64,000 nt of DNA, taken from IMG/VR virus record IMGVR_UViG_3300037484_000445, positions 323,863-387,862 of that record, one strand, 5' to 3'. Of this stretch, positions 29,163 through 39,155 are shown one piece after another (positions within the stretch are counted from its first letter, which is position 1; each line of letters opens with the position of its first letter). Both the position numbers and the translations under genes were made by a program. A model generated the notes under the pieces. That model was not told the DNA's origin. It made no database searches and saw only the letters and a program-made list of their open reading frames with translations. The stretch is from a virus (taxonomy: Duplodnaviria; Heunggongvirae; Uroviricota; Caudoviricetes).

Positions 29163-29399
29163 CGGCACGAGGTATGTACGCGGTATGACTATCTGGCTTC
29201 CGTCCTCCAATAGGATGCTCCCATCGGCTCGACCGTGCCCACAACACGACCCCCTAGTGAAGCACCCAGCGGCATTGAGGGCCTCCACCAATCTGGCTAT
29301 GCACTTATCTACCGGCTTTAGAGCCCAACGCCGTATCCCCGTGTGGCTCAAGTCCGCCGCGATCGGGACCAGAATGTCTCGAGTTACTCCTTGGCACAT
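29085..29399 (-). CDS. Phage hypothetical protein (D..I..LV..LN..G..T..SC.GH motif)
   Basis: VDKCIARLVEALNAAGCFTRGSCCGHG. Confidence 0.7.
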   Translation of the reverse strand: MCQGVTRDILVPIAADLSHTGIRRWALKPVDKCIARLVEALNAAGCFTRGSCCGHGRADGSILLEDGSQIVIPRTYLVPSAFFGGGLAEVRVTRGLYPADPSDV

Positions 29400-29908
29400 G
29401 GGGAACTGGTCTCCAACAACGACTTAGTCCGGATTGGCCCAGGCAGTTCCTTGACGGCCAGCTTTTGGCACCACTGCTCTTCGAAGTCCTTGCGGCTTCC
29501 GCCCAGCGTTTCGAAGGCTTCCTGGAACAAATCTCCCAACTTTCGTTCTGGGCCAACCAGCCTCTCAGCCGTTCCACAACGAAACGTGAAGCCCTCGACG
29601 TCCAACCCAGCCGCTTGAGCTCGCATTCGCAGGTCCAAAAGCGCGGGAAGGATGGCTAGATACTCAGGGGCCTTCGGCGATCCCGAATGAATGTAAGCCA
29701 AGGCCATTGACAGCGTTCGCCCTAAGTAAGCCCTTGGGTCAAAGCCAGTTGGGCCAAAAAGACGGTTCAAGAAGTCATCTGCTTCGACTTTTACTGTACT
29801 TCCTTCTGGTATGACGCCCTCGTGACCGATCCACTCCTTGAGCCGTTTGAGCTCCCACCTTCCGAGCCGCGGGTCACGAATGACGAGCTGATACTGCTTC
29901 TTGGCCAT
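29384..29908 (-). CDS. Hypothetical protein
   Basis: 174 aa. Confidence 0.7.
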   Translation of the reverse strand: MAKKQYQLVIRDPRLGRWELKRLKEWIGHEGVIPEGSTVKVEADDFLNRLFGPTGFDPRAYLGRTLSMALAYIHSGSPKAPEYLAILPALLDLRMRAQAAGLDVEGFTFRCGTAERLVGPERKLGDLFQEAFETLGGSRKDFEEQWCQKLAVKELPGPIRTKSLLETSSPCAKE

Positions 29909-29912
29909 AGGG

Positions 29913-30359
29913 CTAGTACAGCTCCGCTTCTTCGATCCGGAACAACGAACAAGCGTCCTTTTCTTGCATATCGTTGAGGGCCATCAATAGAAGCCATGGG
30001 AGATTAGCAACCACGCTCCAAGTTCCCGGAATATGTTGGATTCCATACCAAGCAACGACCTCATCCGTTTTCGACTGGAGCTCTACTTCGTAGTCGATAC
30101 GAGCCCAGAAACAATCAACGGACCGCCCACCGTTGTTGGCGCCAGAGAGCACAGCGAAACGCTTCCAATACGAGATTGATAGCCCGGCCTCTTCCTTGAA
30201 CTCACGGATCATGGCCTGAAGAGAGTCCTCGCCGAGTTCAATATGTCCACCGATGGCATTGAGCTTTCCAGCCATCCACTGAGGTCGAGCCTTACGTATC
30301 AGAGCCACTCGCTGAAGTTGAGGATGAAACAGAAAGCCGGCAACATATTGAGTGGGCAT
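29913..30359 (-). CDS. NUDIX hydrolase
   Basis: GGHIELGEDSLQAMIREFKEEAG Nudix box; GGTGTA 10 nt upstream. Confidence 0.9.
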   Translation of the reverse strand: MPTQYVAGFLFHPQLQRVALIRKARPQWMAGKLNAIGGHIELGEDSLQAMIREFKEEAGLSISYWKRFAVLSGANNGGRSVDCFWARIDYEVELQSKTDEVVAWYGIQHIPGTWSVVANLPWLLLMALNDMQEKDACSLFRIEEAELY

Positions 30360-30388
30360 ACGCCCAACATACACCGAAGGTTGCAGGA

Positions 30389-30547
30389 TTACTGATTCCC
30401 AAGGTTCAGCTTGGCCTTGAGCTCGTTGGCCCGGATACGATCGGCCTTGGTCCAAGGGAACTTGTTCATGACTTCAGCGAGCTCTTTACGCTCTTCTGCG
30501 GTCAGGCCGGAGGGAGCTGAGTCGTAGTCATGCATGGGATTGGTCAT
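30389..30547 (-). CDS. Small protein (52 aa, not in ORF track)
   Basis: Class I promoter TTAACC-N18-TACTAT-N4-ATG. Confidence 0.65.
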   Translation of the reverse strand: MTNPMHDYDSAPSGLTAEERKELAEVMNKFPWTKADRIRANELKAKLNLGNQ

Positions 30548-30577
30548 GAAGATAGTACGAGGGGTGACCCCGAAAGG

Positions 30578-31102
30578 TTAAGGCGAGATCCCCGCATCCC
30601 TGAGGGCCTGAAGGATTTTGGTGGCCTCATCCAAGGTCAAGTGCCTGAATTCAATGCTGATACCAGAACTGGTACTGCCCTCAAATTCTGGAAAAGCCTC
30701 ACGAATCTTCGTGAGCTCAGACTGAGCCGTCCTTCTGGCCTCGTCCTTCGAAGCACTGTGCTTGTCGGCTGCCACGATCTTCTCGTGGCGTTCCTTGACG
30801 GAGTTGACGAGCTTGGCAACGAGATCCTTTGCGTCTCCCTTGAAAGCTTTGGCGGCTACCGTGCCGGTAGACAGGAAAAGACTCTGGAAGTGCCACTTGA
30901 CCTTACCATTTGGAGGACCAAAGCGAAGGTGCTCTTCTGCGACACAAAAGATGGTTTGAGGGTATTTCTTGGCAACTACGGCCACGCCGTCTGAGTTGTG
31001 GTTTAGTTCAGCTGGAACGCCTTGCTTGACGAGTTCTGCAATGACGGCGTCGAGTGTTGCCTTGACCTGCTCCGTGAGTTCTGGGGTGCTGAATTTTGCC
31101 AT
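30578..31102 (-). CDS. Hypothetical protein
   Basis: Class I promoter TTAACC-N18-TACTAA-N4-ATG. Confidence 0.8.
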   Translation of the reverse strand: MAKFSTPELTEQVKATLDAVIAELVKQGVPAELNHNSDGVAVVAKKYPQTIFCVAEEHLRFGPPNGKVKWHFQSLFLSTGTVAAKAFKGDAKDLVAKLVNSVKERHEKIVAADKHSASKDEARRTAQSELTKIREAFPEFEGSTSSGISIEFRHLTLDEATKILQALRDAGISP

Positions 31103-31141
31103 GGTGTTAGTACGAGAAAACGTGACTGGAGGTTAATACCT

Positions 31142-31486
31142 TCACACTCGATTGGATTTCCAAAGATTGGACAGGGCGGTCGAGAAGTCCTGGAACTTAC
31201 GGCGGACACCCACTTGGAAGGGATAGCTACCACGAGGCCCTTTGCCTACCTCGTACCAAAGCCCACGATCCCTCAGAGTGATGGTCTTGATGATACCCTT
31301 GGGGTTGGCCTCATATCGGTACTCTTGGGCATCAACACGACTGTTGCCGATCCGAAAGGCTTGGTCCTCCTGGATTCGAAGGGTCTTTCTGTCGACGATC
31401 TCGATGATGGTGTAGGGAGTACGACCAAGGTCATGGATCCCCGTTGTACCCATTCCAACGACTGGAACAACAACGACGTCTGCCAT
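31142..31486 (-). CDS. Phage hypothetical protein (paralog of 55398-55718)
   Basis: VPVVGMG.T...PYT.IE....KTLRIQED.A; class I promoter. Confidence 0.8.
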   Translation of the reverse strand: MADVVVVPVVGMGTTGIHDLGRTPYTIIEIVDRKTLRIQEDQAFRIGNSRVDAQEYRYEANPKGIIKTITLRDRGLWYEVGKGPRGSYPFQVGVRRKFQDFSTALSNLWKSNRV

Positions 31487-31531
31487 GAGGGTGTATACGG
31501 CCAACAAGAGCTAGAGATTAAGCCCCGACAA

Positions 31532-31909
31532 ATGGACCACTCCTTCTACATCGACCGACTGGTTAGGTTGCTTCGAGCCTTCGATGTAAAGGTCCACCTG
31601 TACGCCTTCAACCTTCCTTGTGCCGGTATGTACCGATCGGAAACCAAAGAGGTGTTCCTCAACGAACCGACAGCCCTCGGCGGACTTCTGACACTGGCCC
31701 ATGAGGCCGGACACTGGCTCGGCTACGAGGGCTACGGCGAGAAGCGGCACTCATACCAACGAGAGAGGCAGGCGTTCGTCTACGGTTGGCAAGTACTGGA
31801 GTTGATTGAGGCAACCAATGTGGTGTCACGTGCCGAGTGGATCAACGCCGAGCGTGCTCGGAGGGCGGCACCAGACGTGGACACGTCGATGGTCGCTTCA
31901 CGGACTTAG
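31532..31909 (+). CDS. ImmA/IrrE-like metallopeptidase
   Basis: TLAHEAGHWLG (HExxH)...RERQA. Confidence 0.7.
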   Translation: MDHSFYIDRLVRLLRAFDVKVHLYAFNLPCAGMYRSETKEVFLNEPTALGGLLTLAHEAGHWLGYEGYGEKRHSYQRERQAFVYGWQVLELIEATNVVSRAEWINAERARRAAPDVDTSMVASRT

Positions 31910-32060
31910 GCGTCTCGTCAGCGTTCTCTAACTTCCGTATGTCTCCCAATGCCTTGCTCGCCCTACGATTAGCTTTCCACGCCACTACGGCCGAAATCAT
32001 GGCTACCAAACCAGCAATTATCTGGCAAATCGACGTGAACACACTAACAGAACTAGTCAT
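31842..32060 (-). CDS. Small membrane protein
   Basis: N-terminal hydrophobic helix; tail overlaps the opposite gene. Confidence 0.45.
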   Translation of the reverse strand: MTSSVSVFTSICQIIAGLVAMISAVVAWKANRRASKALGDIRKLENADETPKSVKRPSTCPRLVPPSEHARR

Positions 32061-32067
32061 ATAACCC

Positions 32068-32829
32068 TTACAGTGTTAACTCGGGATCTACACCAAGGAT
32101 CCGGTCCAACTGACTGATCTCCGGCTCTTCGTCCACCAATAGCTCGGGCATAAGCTCATCAGCGAATGTCATCCCCACCGCCTTGCAATTCTCTATTCGG
32201 ACATCCATGGGCTTCATGCAGAGGATTGCGTGCCCGGGTAGGATCCAAAGAGCGAAGGCGCTCTTGGACAAGGCTATCATGGCATCAAGCCGCCTTGCTA
32301 AGTCGTCCCGGTACGCTAACCCATGGAGCTCCCCACAAAACACGTAGAAGGCGTGGCTCCAAGCGAAACTATTGAAATGAGTTTCGTTTAAGAACCTTTG
32401 ATACTCGGCATGGACAGGGTACCGGACAAAAGGTGCCGGCAAAGTGTTCGAGATAAGGTTCGAAAGCTCTCGAGTGACTCCTCGAACATTAGGGGTGTCC
32501 GCCATAATAGGGGGTTGCATTACCGTATCCCTCAGGCGATCTATGAGGTCGCACCAAAGGGTGTCCCTTAGTTGGTGAAGCCACGTTTCCCCTATCCCTT
32601 GATACAACGGGCCCACTATTACCGCCGCCAACTCATCGTTAAGGCGATCCCCTTGCTCGGGATTCGGCACCCAATGGGTTTGATACGATGTCATGAACGA
32701 CGTCATGAGGGTCTTTATCGCTCCTTCAGCCGCCGCTCGATCCGTCCCTACCGACGTTGCATATCCGAAGTTCTCGTCAGCCAGCTCGTGTAGACGGTCG
32801 ACTTGCTCGTTCGTTAGCGATACTGCCAT
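32068..32829 (-). CDS. Hypothetical protein
   Basis: 253 aa. Confidence 0.7.
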   Translation of the reverse strand: MAVSLTNEQVDRLHELADENFGYATSVGTDRAAAEGAIKTLMTSFMTSYQTHWVPNPEQGDRLNDELAAVIVGPLYQGIGETWLHQLRDTLWCDLIDRLRDTVMQPPIMADTPNVRGVTRELSNLISNTLPAPFVRYPVHAEYQRFLNETHFNSFAWSHAFYVFCGELHGLAYRDDLARRLDAMIALSKSAFALWILPGHAILCMKPMDVRIENCKAVGMTFADELMPELLVDEEPEISQLDRILGVDPELTL

Positions 32830-32848
32830 CTAAATACCCTCTACTCGC

Positions 32849-33439
32849 TCAGGATCCAACAGTGGTCGAGAACGGCTCCCCATTGACCGTCTCGTCCGTG
32901 TAGTAAACCTGTTGGCCACAGCTGACGCAACGGTCCAATCGAACTAGCTTGAAGTCAACATCCCGATAGATCAGAAGAAGTCCGTCCTTGCATGCAGGGC
33001 ACTTAGACTTGTAGGCGCTATCACTCCATCGCTCCAAAGAAGCGTGCGAGACATGCGTGGGCTCGTTAGTCATGTTGGGAACACGGGTTTTAGGGTAGTC
33101 CTCACCAGGACAACGTAGAGGCTTTACCATTGCGGCTGCAAGACAGTGTGTGCAAATTCGAAGTTCCACCCCGTCCTTTGGAAGAGTTAAGGTTCGCTGG
33201 AACCCGTGTTTACTGCACCACTTCCGAGCCTTGAAGTCGGAGATCTTACGAGTCGTATCACGATAGACACCCTCAATGAAGACGGTCGTGAAGATTAGCC
33301 CAATGATTAGCTTTTCCCTAACCGAATAACGAAATGGAGCTCCACACTTGGGGCACGTTCCTGAATCCCTTGGCTTGTCAGTACCACAAGCTTTGCAACG
33401 GGGCGTGGGTAGTAGAAAAAGACTCTCGTAGGGGGCCAT
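32849..33439 (-). CDS. Multi-Zn-ribbon hypothetical protein
   Basis: Several CxxC pairs. Confidence 0.7.
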   Translation of the reverse strand: MAPYESLFLLPTPRCKACGTDKPRDSGTCPKCGAPFRYSVREKLIIGLIFTTVFIEGVYRDTTRKISDFKARKWCSKHGFQRTLTLPKDGVELRICTHCLAAAMVKPLRCPGEDYPKTRVPNMTNEPTHVSHASLERWSDSAYKSKCPACKDGLLLIYRDVDFKLVRLDRCVSCGQQVYYTDETVNGEPFSTTVGS

Positions 33440-33799
33440 CTACGCTTCTTCCCAGCTTGTCATCCTGAACTTGGGATTCTCGCCGCTTTCATAGAGCTCT
33501 ATGGTCAGCGACGACTCGTAGGTCCCGAAGGTCGCTTTGTACGTTGTTTGATTTGACTTGAGCTTGTAATCTACAATATATTGAGTCCAACCGCCTTTCG
33601 TCTCGCACTGGGATTCCTCAATGCTGGAAGGTTCGACCTCAGACCATTGCTTAAGGAACGACAAGAAGGCTGCCTTCGCCTTGTCTCGAAGCTCGTAGGC
33701 CACTTCGGCTTTCTCCGTGTGGACTCCCTGCGCCATAGTGTCCTTTCGGTCCCGAGTAATCATAAAAACGAACCAACGCGGAATGGTAAAGGTCTTCAT
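33440..33799 (-). CDS. Hypothetical protein
   Basis: 119 aa. Confidence 0.7.
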   Translation of the reverse strand: MKTFTIPRWFVFMITRDRKDTMAQGVHTEKAEVAYELRDKAKAAFLSFLKQWSEVEPSSIEESQCETKGGWTQYIVDYKLKSNQTTYKATFGTYESSLTIELYESGENPKFRMTSWEEA

Positions 33800-33814
33800 A
33801 GAAGTCTCTAGTAC

Positions 33815-34036
33815 TCAACACGAACAGATAATCAATTGACCCTTGCAAATAGGGCATCGCTCCATGTCACACCCAGGATGATGTAAACCCCCTGGAGGAG
33901 TGTTACAGTCGTGACAGTTAGAGCTCTCTTCAAGAGGATAAACGACCCTTTCCTGAACTTCCCCTTCATAGTGAGTCAAAGTGCAGCTTACGCCAGGCTT
34001 CATCTCTTGCTTACACGCATTGCAAATTGCTGACAT
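33815..34036 (-). CDS. Small Cys/His-rich protein
   Basis: CHDC...LHHPGCDMERCPICKGQLIICSC. Confidence 0.75.
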   Translation of the reverse strand: MSAICNACKQEMKPGVSCTLTHYEGEVQERVVYPLEESSNCHDCNTPPGGLHHPGCDMERCPICKGQLIICSC

Positions 34037-34051
34037 ACGATCCCTTACAGT

Positions 34052-34285
34052 TCATCTGGTTCGCTTTTCCCAATCGATCACTTCGAGCTTGTCCTTGCGC
34101 TTTTCCCTCAACTTAGGAAGCTTCTCTCCCAAGTAGGTGTTGCGTAGCCGTAGATAAGCCTTACGGCTAGGGTTCAAGGGAGGGTTGTCCATAAGCTCAA
34201 GCTCCTCCTTGTTCGAAGCTATTTCTGCCTCCAAAAGCTCGATGTCAGCATTGATTGCCTTTAGATCTTCTTCGTGTGTAGCCAT
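34052..34285 (-). CDS. Coiled-coil hypothetical protein
   Basis: 77 aa. Confidence 0.65.
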   Translation of the reverse strand: MATHEEDLKAINADIELLEAEIASNKEELELMDNPPLNPSRKAYLRLRNTYLGEKLPKLREKRKDKLEVIDWEKRTR

Positions 34286-34288
34286 GAC

Positions 34289-35674
34289 TCAGTTCCTAGC
34301 CAAGTAGCATGAGGTTTCATCCCATGTGAGAACCTTCCAACCGATCGTCCCCACCCGTTCATGAAACCACTGCTGCACGTCGTAGATCAACTCGGGTACG
34401 ACTTTCCCAGTCCCCAGTCGGTAGAGGTCCAAGACGAGAGCGTGTGGTACTTGAACCCCACGAAACTCGGGCGGCGCCTTGAGGGGTCTCTGCACTCGCC
34501 CCTGAAGTGCCTCTGCTTCCTCACGTACCAGCGTCTGAGCCGTTAGAGCGTCATCCTTGGACAATCCCGCGTTCCGAAACTTCGTGAGCGTCAGAAGGTC
34601 TTGTAGGTCCTCCAGGACCATACCCGGCGTCACCCCTGAGGGATGAACGGGGACGCCCACGACCCCAAGCCCCATCGGCTCGTCGTCCTCTTCATCCCTG
34701 AGCATGAGTCCCGAGATGATCTGAATCATATCCCGGTGGTACTTCATCCAACGAAGCCACCCATGCTCTTGGCCTCCAAGCACAGAAGGCTGCCAGACTA
34801 CCTCGCGATAGCCGTTCACCATCTCAACCCAGACCGCCTCAGCGACCCCGGCGAAGAACTCCTCGAGTTCCTCTTCGGGGACGGCCCCTTCCAAAGCCCT
34901 CAGCCATTGGGTCCCCCAGCCGGTCACGAGTTCGTCCTTGATGCTCTGGCTCAACGGGTGTTCTAGCCGGCGGGACGAAAACGACGACGTCCCACGAATG
35001 AGGTTCCGGATCGACTCTCTATCCAATCCCTCGACTTGAGCCGTCGCCCACTCCTCTCGAGGCCAGGTAGCTAGGTACTTGGCCTCGCTCAGAAGGTCCT
35101 TGCAGTAAGTCCAGTAAGACCTGACCTGCTCTAGAATGTCAATTATCGTCGTTGGCTTACTATCCCAATGCTGGATCCATGTCGACAGCATCGATTGCCA
35201 AACGTCCTCGCGGACCATAGCCACCGCGACCCGAACGTTTCGAACACACCAACTAGGCACGTCCTCAGGCTTAGCGTAGGTCTTGTCGGGAACTCGACCT
35301 CTTCCAAGATCCCCAAGCCCAGATACAATAAGGCGTTCCTCCCAGATCGCTTCCCACAGCTTGTCCCACTCCATATTTCGAGTCACTGGAACGTCGTGAC
35401 ACGGATTCTCACCTTCACCAAGCTCAATTAGGTCCTTCTGTAGCCCCTCAATCCAAAGACGCTTGAACACCCCATCGGTTACGTTCTCGAGGCCACCAGC
35501 GTCATTATAGGTGCCTCGCACGGGGAATGTTCGGGGGAGCCACTTCGATGAGAAGTCACAACATCTCTCGGCCAAGGTTGCTCGCGGGTGCTCCGTCACT
35601 AAAAGGACTCGCACTGGATCCTGATAGGTGATCGGTAGTCCTGATAGCATGCACGTCGTGTTGAAACTTCCCAT
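34289..35674 (-). CDS. Large phage hypothetical protein
   Basis: 461 aa, MGSFNTTCMLSGLPI; GGTGTA 11 nt upstream. Confidence 0.85.
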   Translation of the reverse strand: MGSFNTTCMLSGLPITYQDPVRVLLVTEHPRATLAERCCDFSSKWLPRTFPVRGTYNDAGGLENVTDGVFKRLWIEGLQKDLIELGEGENPCHDVPVTRNMEWDKLWEAIWEERLIVSGLGDLGRGRVPDKTYAKPEDVPSWCVRNVRVAVAMVREDVWQSMLSTWIQHWDSKPTTIIDILEQVRSYWTYCKDLLSEAKYLATWPREEWATAQVEGLDRESIRNLIRGTSSFSSRRLEHPLSQSIKDELVTGWGTQWLRALEGAVPEEELEEFFAGVAEAVWVEMVNGYREVVWQPSVLGGQEHGWLRWMKYHRDMIQIISGLMLRDEEDDEPMGLGVVGVPVHPSGVTPGMVLEDLQDLLTLTKFRNAGLSKDDALTAQTLVREEAEALQGRVQRPLKAPPEFRGVQVPHALVLDLYRLGTGKVVPELIYDVQQWFHERVGTIGWKVLTWDETSCYLARN

Positions 35675-35771
35675 GAAGGGGTATATACACCGGGAGAAGG
35701 CCCCTTTCGATGACCTTCCCCCGATTGGTCTACCCCAAAGTTCCTGGGTTCGTCGGCAGAATCAAGGACCG

Positions 35772-36059
35772 TCACAAATCCTTCGAGCCCAATCGGACTA
35801 GGACTACGTAGACGATCCAATTCAGGCCACTCGACGCCCAACCATCGGCGACCCAACGAAGCACCGGGGGCGCCAACGAGGTGACGCAACTCAAGCCAAT
35901 AAGGGACAGGCCTAAGCCCACCCAGAAGCCCATGCACATCGGGCAACAGAGGAACTTAGACCCGGTACGATTCTCAAAACCCCGTCGGATGGGTGCGAGG
36001 AGCTTGGATTGCGTGATGATGGTCGTCAGACCAACCACGGTCAGAGCCCAGGGCAACAT
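35772..36059 (-). CDS. DUF1360-like membrane protein
   Basis: CPMCMGFWVG flanked by hydrophobic helices. Confidence 0.65.
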   Translation of the reverse strand: MLPWALTVVGLTTIITQSKLLAPIRRGFENRTGSKFLCCPMCMGFWVGLGLSLIGLSCVTSLAPPVLRWVADGWASSGLNWIVYVVLVRLGSKDL

Positions 36060-36194
36060 CAGTCTTCACCACCCGACGGGCACCGTCTGCTACCGGAGCA
36101 GCAACGGCGTAGAAGGTTCACTCTCCAACTGGTCAGCTTGTTCATAGGGTGTCCTTTCGACTACAGCCACCACTACGTCCGGAAGAGCAAAGTA

Positions 36195-36674
36195 TTAAGG
36201 GACCTTCCAGTGGGCCAATATCGAATTGTGCGGCACGCCCTTTTCGTTCTCAATTTGTAGCGGCCCTGGGGCCACCGTCAGGATCGCGTAACTCGAAGTC
36301 GCTTGAATGCTCGCCACCACGGGTACAAGCTCAATCAAGTCACCAACATACCCGGCCTCGAACAAGGGCTTACGGTAGCGACTCTTGAAGATCTGTAGGG
36401 CTTTTAGCTCCCGGCGATCCTTAGCTAGATTGAGGTTCCAGTTACGATCGCAGAAGATCGAAGTCGACTCCCTCATCAAAGCCTCAGCGGCCGACCACGC
36501 AAGCACCACTAAGGTCGCTTCTCTCCCATAGAGAGGGCCTAAGTGGTTGACCATCGCAAGCAGTCCAGCAGCCGTCAAGGGCACGTCTTTGAGGTATTCA
36601 CAATCGAAGCAGTCATCGTACTGCAAACGCTCGTGGACTTCATCAATGATCTGTTGTGTGATGATCAAGGACAT
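36195..36674 (-). CDS. Hypothetical protein
   Basis: Probable start MSLII. Confidence 0.6.
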   Translation of the reverse strand: MSLIITQQIIDEVHERLQYDDCFDCEYLKDVPLTAAGLLAMVNHLGPLYGREATLVVLAWSAAEALMRESTSIFCDRNWNLNLAKDRRELKALQIFKSRYRKPLFEAGYVGDLIELVPVVASIQATSSYAILTVAPGPLQIENEKGVPHNSILAHWKVP

Positions 36675-37015
36675 ACTGACACACCAGGAAATCCAATAAC
36701 CCAATCATCTCGCTTTGGAATGTCCGTCAAGGCTAGGAACGTGGTCGTTCGGTTAGGACCCGAACCGTGCTCCGTTACCTGTGCGATCGAGACGTTTACG
36801 GAATTCCAACCATGCCAGCTCACCCACGCCTTTAGGGTTGGTTTGCCCCGATGCCCTAGAGCTGTCGCCTCCAACCAACTAGGGCGAGCCATGAGTATCT
36901 CGAGCATCTCTGGCGTTGTGTGTGTTTTAGGGCCTGCATGCGCATAGGTCTCGGTGAAGCAACGTAGAGACTGTGCGACTGCCGTCCGAAAACGTCTCAT
37001 CTTCGCTTGAAACAT
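36665..37015 (-). CDS. Hypothetical protein
   Basis: 116 aa. Confidence 0.55.
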   Translation of the reverse strand: MFQAKMRRFRTAVAQSLRCFTETYAHAGPKTHTTPEMLEILMARPSWLEATALGHRGKPTLKAWVSWHGWNSVNVSIAQVTEHGSGPNRTTTFLALTDIPKRDDWVIGFPGVSVCP

Positions 37016-37074
37016 AGCTTAGTTCTCCTCTGTCACCAACTAGGGTGCATCAATGATTTCACCTAGCCGAGACA

Positions 37075-37290
37075 TCAGGGATCCTCGTCATCCTCGTCTT
37101 CAAAGTCATCATTATCGAAGCCATCATCGTCAGGATCTTCGTCCAAATCCTCAACGTCTTCGGTAGTCCAACCTTGGTCCTCTAGGGCCTTCTTATACCC
37201 TTCCACAAGCTTGAAGAGATCATCCTCAGAGTGATCACTATCAGGTACTTCCACGATCCGACGAACTGTAAAAGTTAGTCCTCTTTTCAT
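37075..37290 (-). CDS. Small acidic protein
   Basis: D/E-rich tail; GGTGTA 11 nt upstream. Confidence 0.7.
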   Translation of the reverse strand: MKRGLTFTVRRIVEVPDSDHSEDDLFKLVEGYKKALEDQGWTTEDVEDLDEDPDDDGFDNDDFEDEDDEDP

Positions 37291-37314
37291 GGAAGTACCA
37301 ATACACCAAAGTCC

Positions 37315-37620
37315 CTAACCAGCCTTTTTAGGTGTCTTTTCAGGCCTGTTGTAGCGCATCTCCCAGGGCTGACCCTCAGTGTCCCAATAGGTGATGTACC
37401 AGTTGTCCTGCGGCCGATGAAGGGTCAACTGCTCTACAACCTTGATCAGGAGAGGATAGGGGTAACCACCGTTGAAGTCGGGGCCCTCCTTGGTGTTACA
37501 ACCAAGAGCCTCTTCGATGGCGTTCTCCAAAGTTTCCCTAAGTACCTTGGTTCTCGCGTACACATCGACATAGAGACCGGCATTTCCGATGGGTCGTAGG
37601 GTAACTGAAATGGTCTGCAT
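37315..37620 (-). CDS. Hypothetical protein
   Basis: 101 aa. Confidence 0.65.
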   Translation of the reverse strand: MQTISVTLRPIGNAGLYVDVYARTKVLRETLENAIEEALGCNTKEGPDFNGGYPYPLLIKVVEQLTLHRPQDNWYITYWDTEGQPWEMRYNRPEKTPKKAG

Positions 37621-37623
37621 TGC

Positions 37624-37827
37624 TCAACCTCCATCATTCATGCCATCGCAGTCACAAGGGTCGTAAGGAAATGAAACCACTGTCAACGGGATGACGACCT
37701 CCCAACCTAAGCCCTCAACAAGCTTCTGAATTTCTGATTGAGCCTTATAGATCTCAGATCTTTGGTCAGGATCCCCTTCCTTCACTTCCACCGACTTGCG
37801 AAGTTCTAGAGTCAACACCTGAAGCAT
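37624..37827 (-). CDS. Hypothetical protein
   Basis: 67 aa. Confidence 0.55.
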   Translation of the reverse strand: MLQVLTLELRKSVEVKEGDPDQRSEIYKAQSEIQKLVEGLGWEVVIPLTVVSFPYDPCDCDGMNDGG

Positions 37828-37836
37828 GAGAGACTT

Positions 37837-38724
37837 CTACACCGACGGAAGGCCGTACAGCTTCAAAAGTCGCCCCGGACGAGCTTTCCCATCTTTACCC
37901 AGGATGAAGACGTCATCCGGATCCAACCCAGCCGTTCTAGCATCCGCAGCTATTTCGGACAACACCCGCAAGAACTCCTTCTCAGGGTCCTTCTTTCCCG
38001 GTAGCAAACCTTTGCAAGCAGGACCCTTTGTCATCCTAGGAGCATCCCCCAAGTTCAAAGTGTAGGGTGTCTCGCTGAGGAAGAACTCGATTATTTGCTT
38101 ACACTTATCTCGCCTGAAAGGGTAGGGACGTCCTTCGGGAGCGTAGTACGTTAGGACATCCGAGTTGTGCATCATCGCGATAGCACACTCAGCTAAAGTG
38201 CTGACATATGAGCTCGAAGCGATGTAGCCACGACCGTCCGCTCTGGGGATCTTGCCCTTAGCATCCCTAGGAAGGACACCTCTTGCGTAGTACCAGACGG
38301 CCCGAAGGGATTGGGCACTTACACGATACTTCTTCGCTATGGGTTCGAGAGCAACCAAAAGGTCCTCTTCTCTTGGGCCTTCCGTGGATGCTTTCACGAC
38401 ATGAAGGATTTGTTCTGCTATGTCAGCACCCTGGACCGTCAGCATTACCCGCTGCCAAGGCCCGCCCTCAGTGGTTTTTTCGGCCCACCCAAGCTCTACA
38501 ATCCCGTCATAGTCCCCGATGTCATCCTTGAAGTCTATGAACCCGGAAGCTTCAAAGACTTGGAGCAGAACACCGACGTTATGGGTTAGCCACTGGTCGG
38601 AGATCTCCCTGGTCGGAGGCTTCGCTGCAGGGGATGCCAAAAGGTACCCCCTGGCACAGCTTTCGTAATCAATGAACCCTCCTGGGGTACCGTGGCGGCG
38701 TAGCATACGGGCCAATACGGCCAA
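37837..38724 (-). CDS. Hypothetical protein
   Basis: 295 aa. Confidence 0.75.
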   Translation of the reverse strand: MAVLARMLRRHGTPGGFIDYESCARGYLLASPAAKPPTREISDQWLTHNVGVLLQVFEASGFIDFKDDIGDYDGIVELGWAEKTTEGGPWQRVMLTVQGADIAEQILHVVKASTEGPREEDLLVALEPIAKKYRVSAQSLRAVWYYARGVLPRDAKGKIPRADGRGYIASSSYVSTLAECAIAMMHNSDVLTYYAPEGRPYPFRRDKCKQIIEFFLSETPYTLNLGDAPRMTKGPACKGLLPGKKDPEKEFLRVLSEIAADARTAGLDPDDVFILGKDGKARPGRLLKLYGLPSV

Positions 38725-38743
38725 GAGCCAAATTCCTTAATGG

Positions 38744-39133
38744 TCAGGACCAGTTGATCCGGTTGAGAACGTCACTGACCCGTCGCCCTCGCTCCAACTT
38801 CTCGTTGATGAAGACGGCCCGGTGGACCATCCCGTGACTCACCATGAGGTGTAGGGTCACCTGCTTGGGCTCTACGCCCAATGCTTGTGCCAACTTGCTC
38901 AACAGCTCTGGTTGATCCTGCGAAGTGATGACCAAGTCCTCGTTCCACGTCTCAGGTACCGACGTTGCCTTCCCTGTATTCAAAGCCACTACCTTTTCCA
39001 CTTGGATCAAAGTGGCAGCCGCAGCCGTTGGGGGTATCGTGTCCCAAGACTCTTCCTGTACCGAAGATGCTTCCCGTATTGATGATGCTCTAAAACTTGA
39101 TGGCTTGATTTGGTTTGGGTCCATACCAAGCAA
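38744..39133 (-). CDS. Hypothetical protein
   Basis: 129 aa. Confidence 0.65.
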   Translation of the reverse strand: MLGMDPNQIKPSSFRASSIREASSVQEESWDTIPPTAAAATLIQVEKVVALNTGKATSVPETWNEDLVITSQDQPELLSKLAQALGVEPKQVTLHLMVSHGMVHRAVFINEKLERGRRVSDVLNRINWS

Positions 39134-39155
39134 TACGAACAGAACCGCCTGGTTC

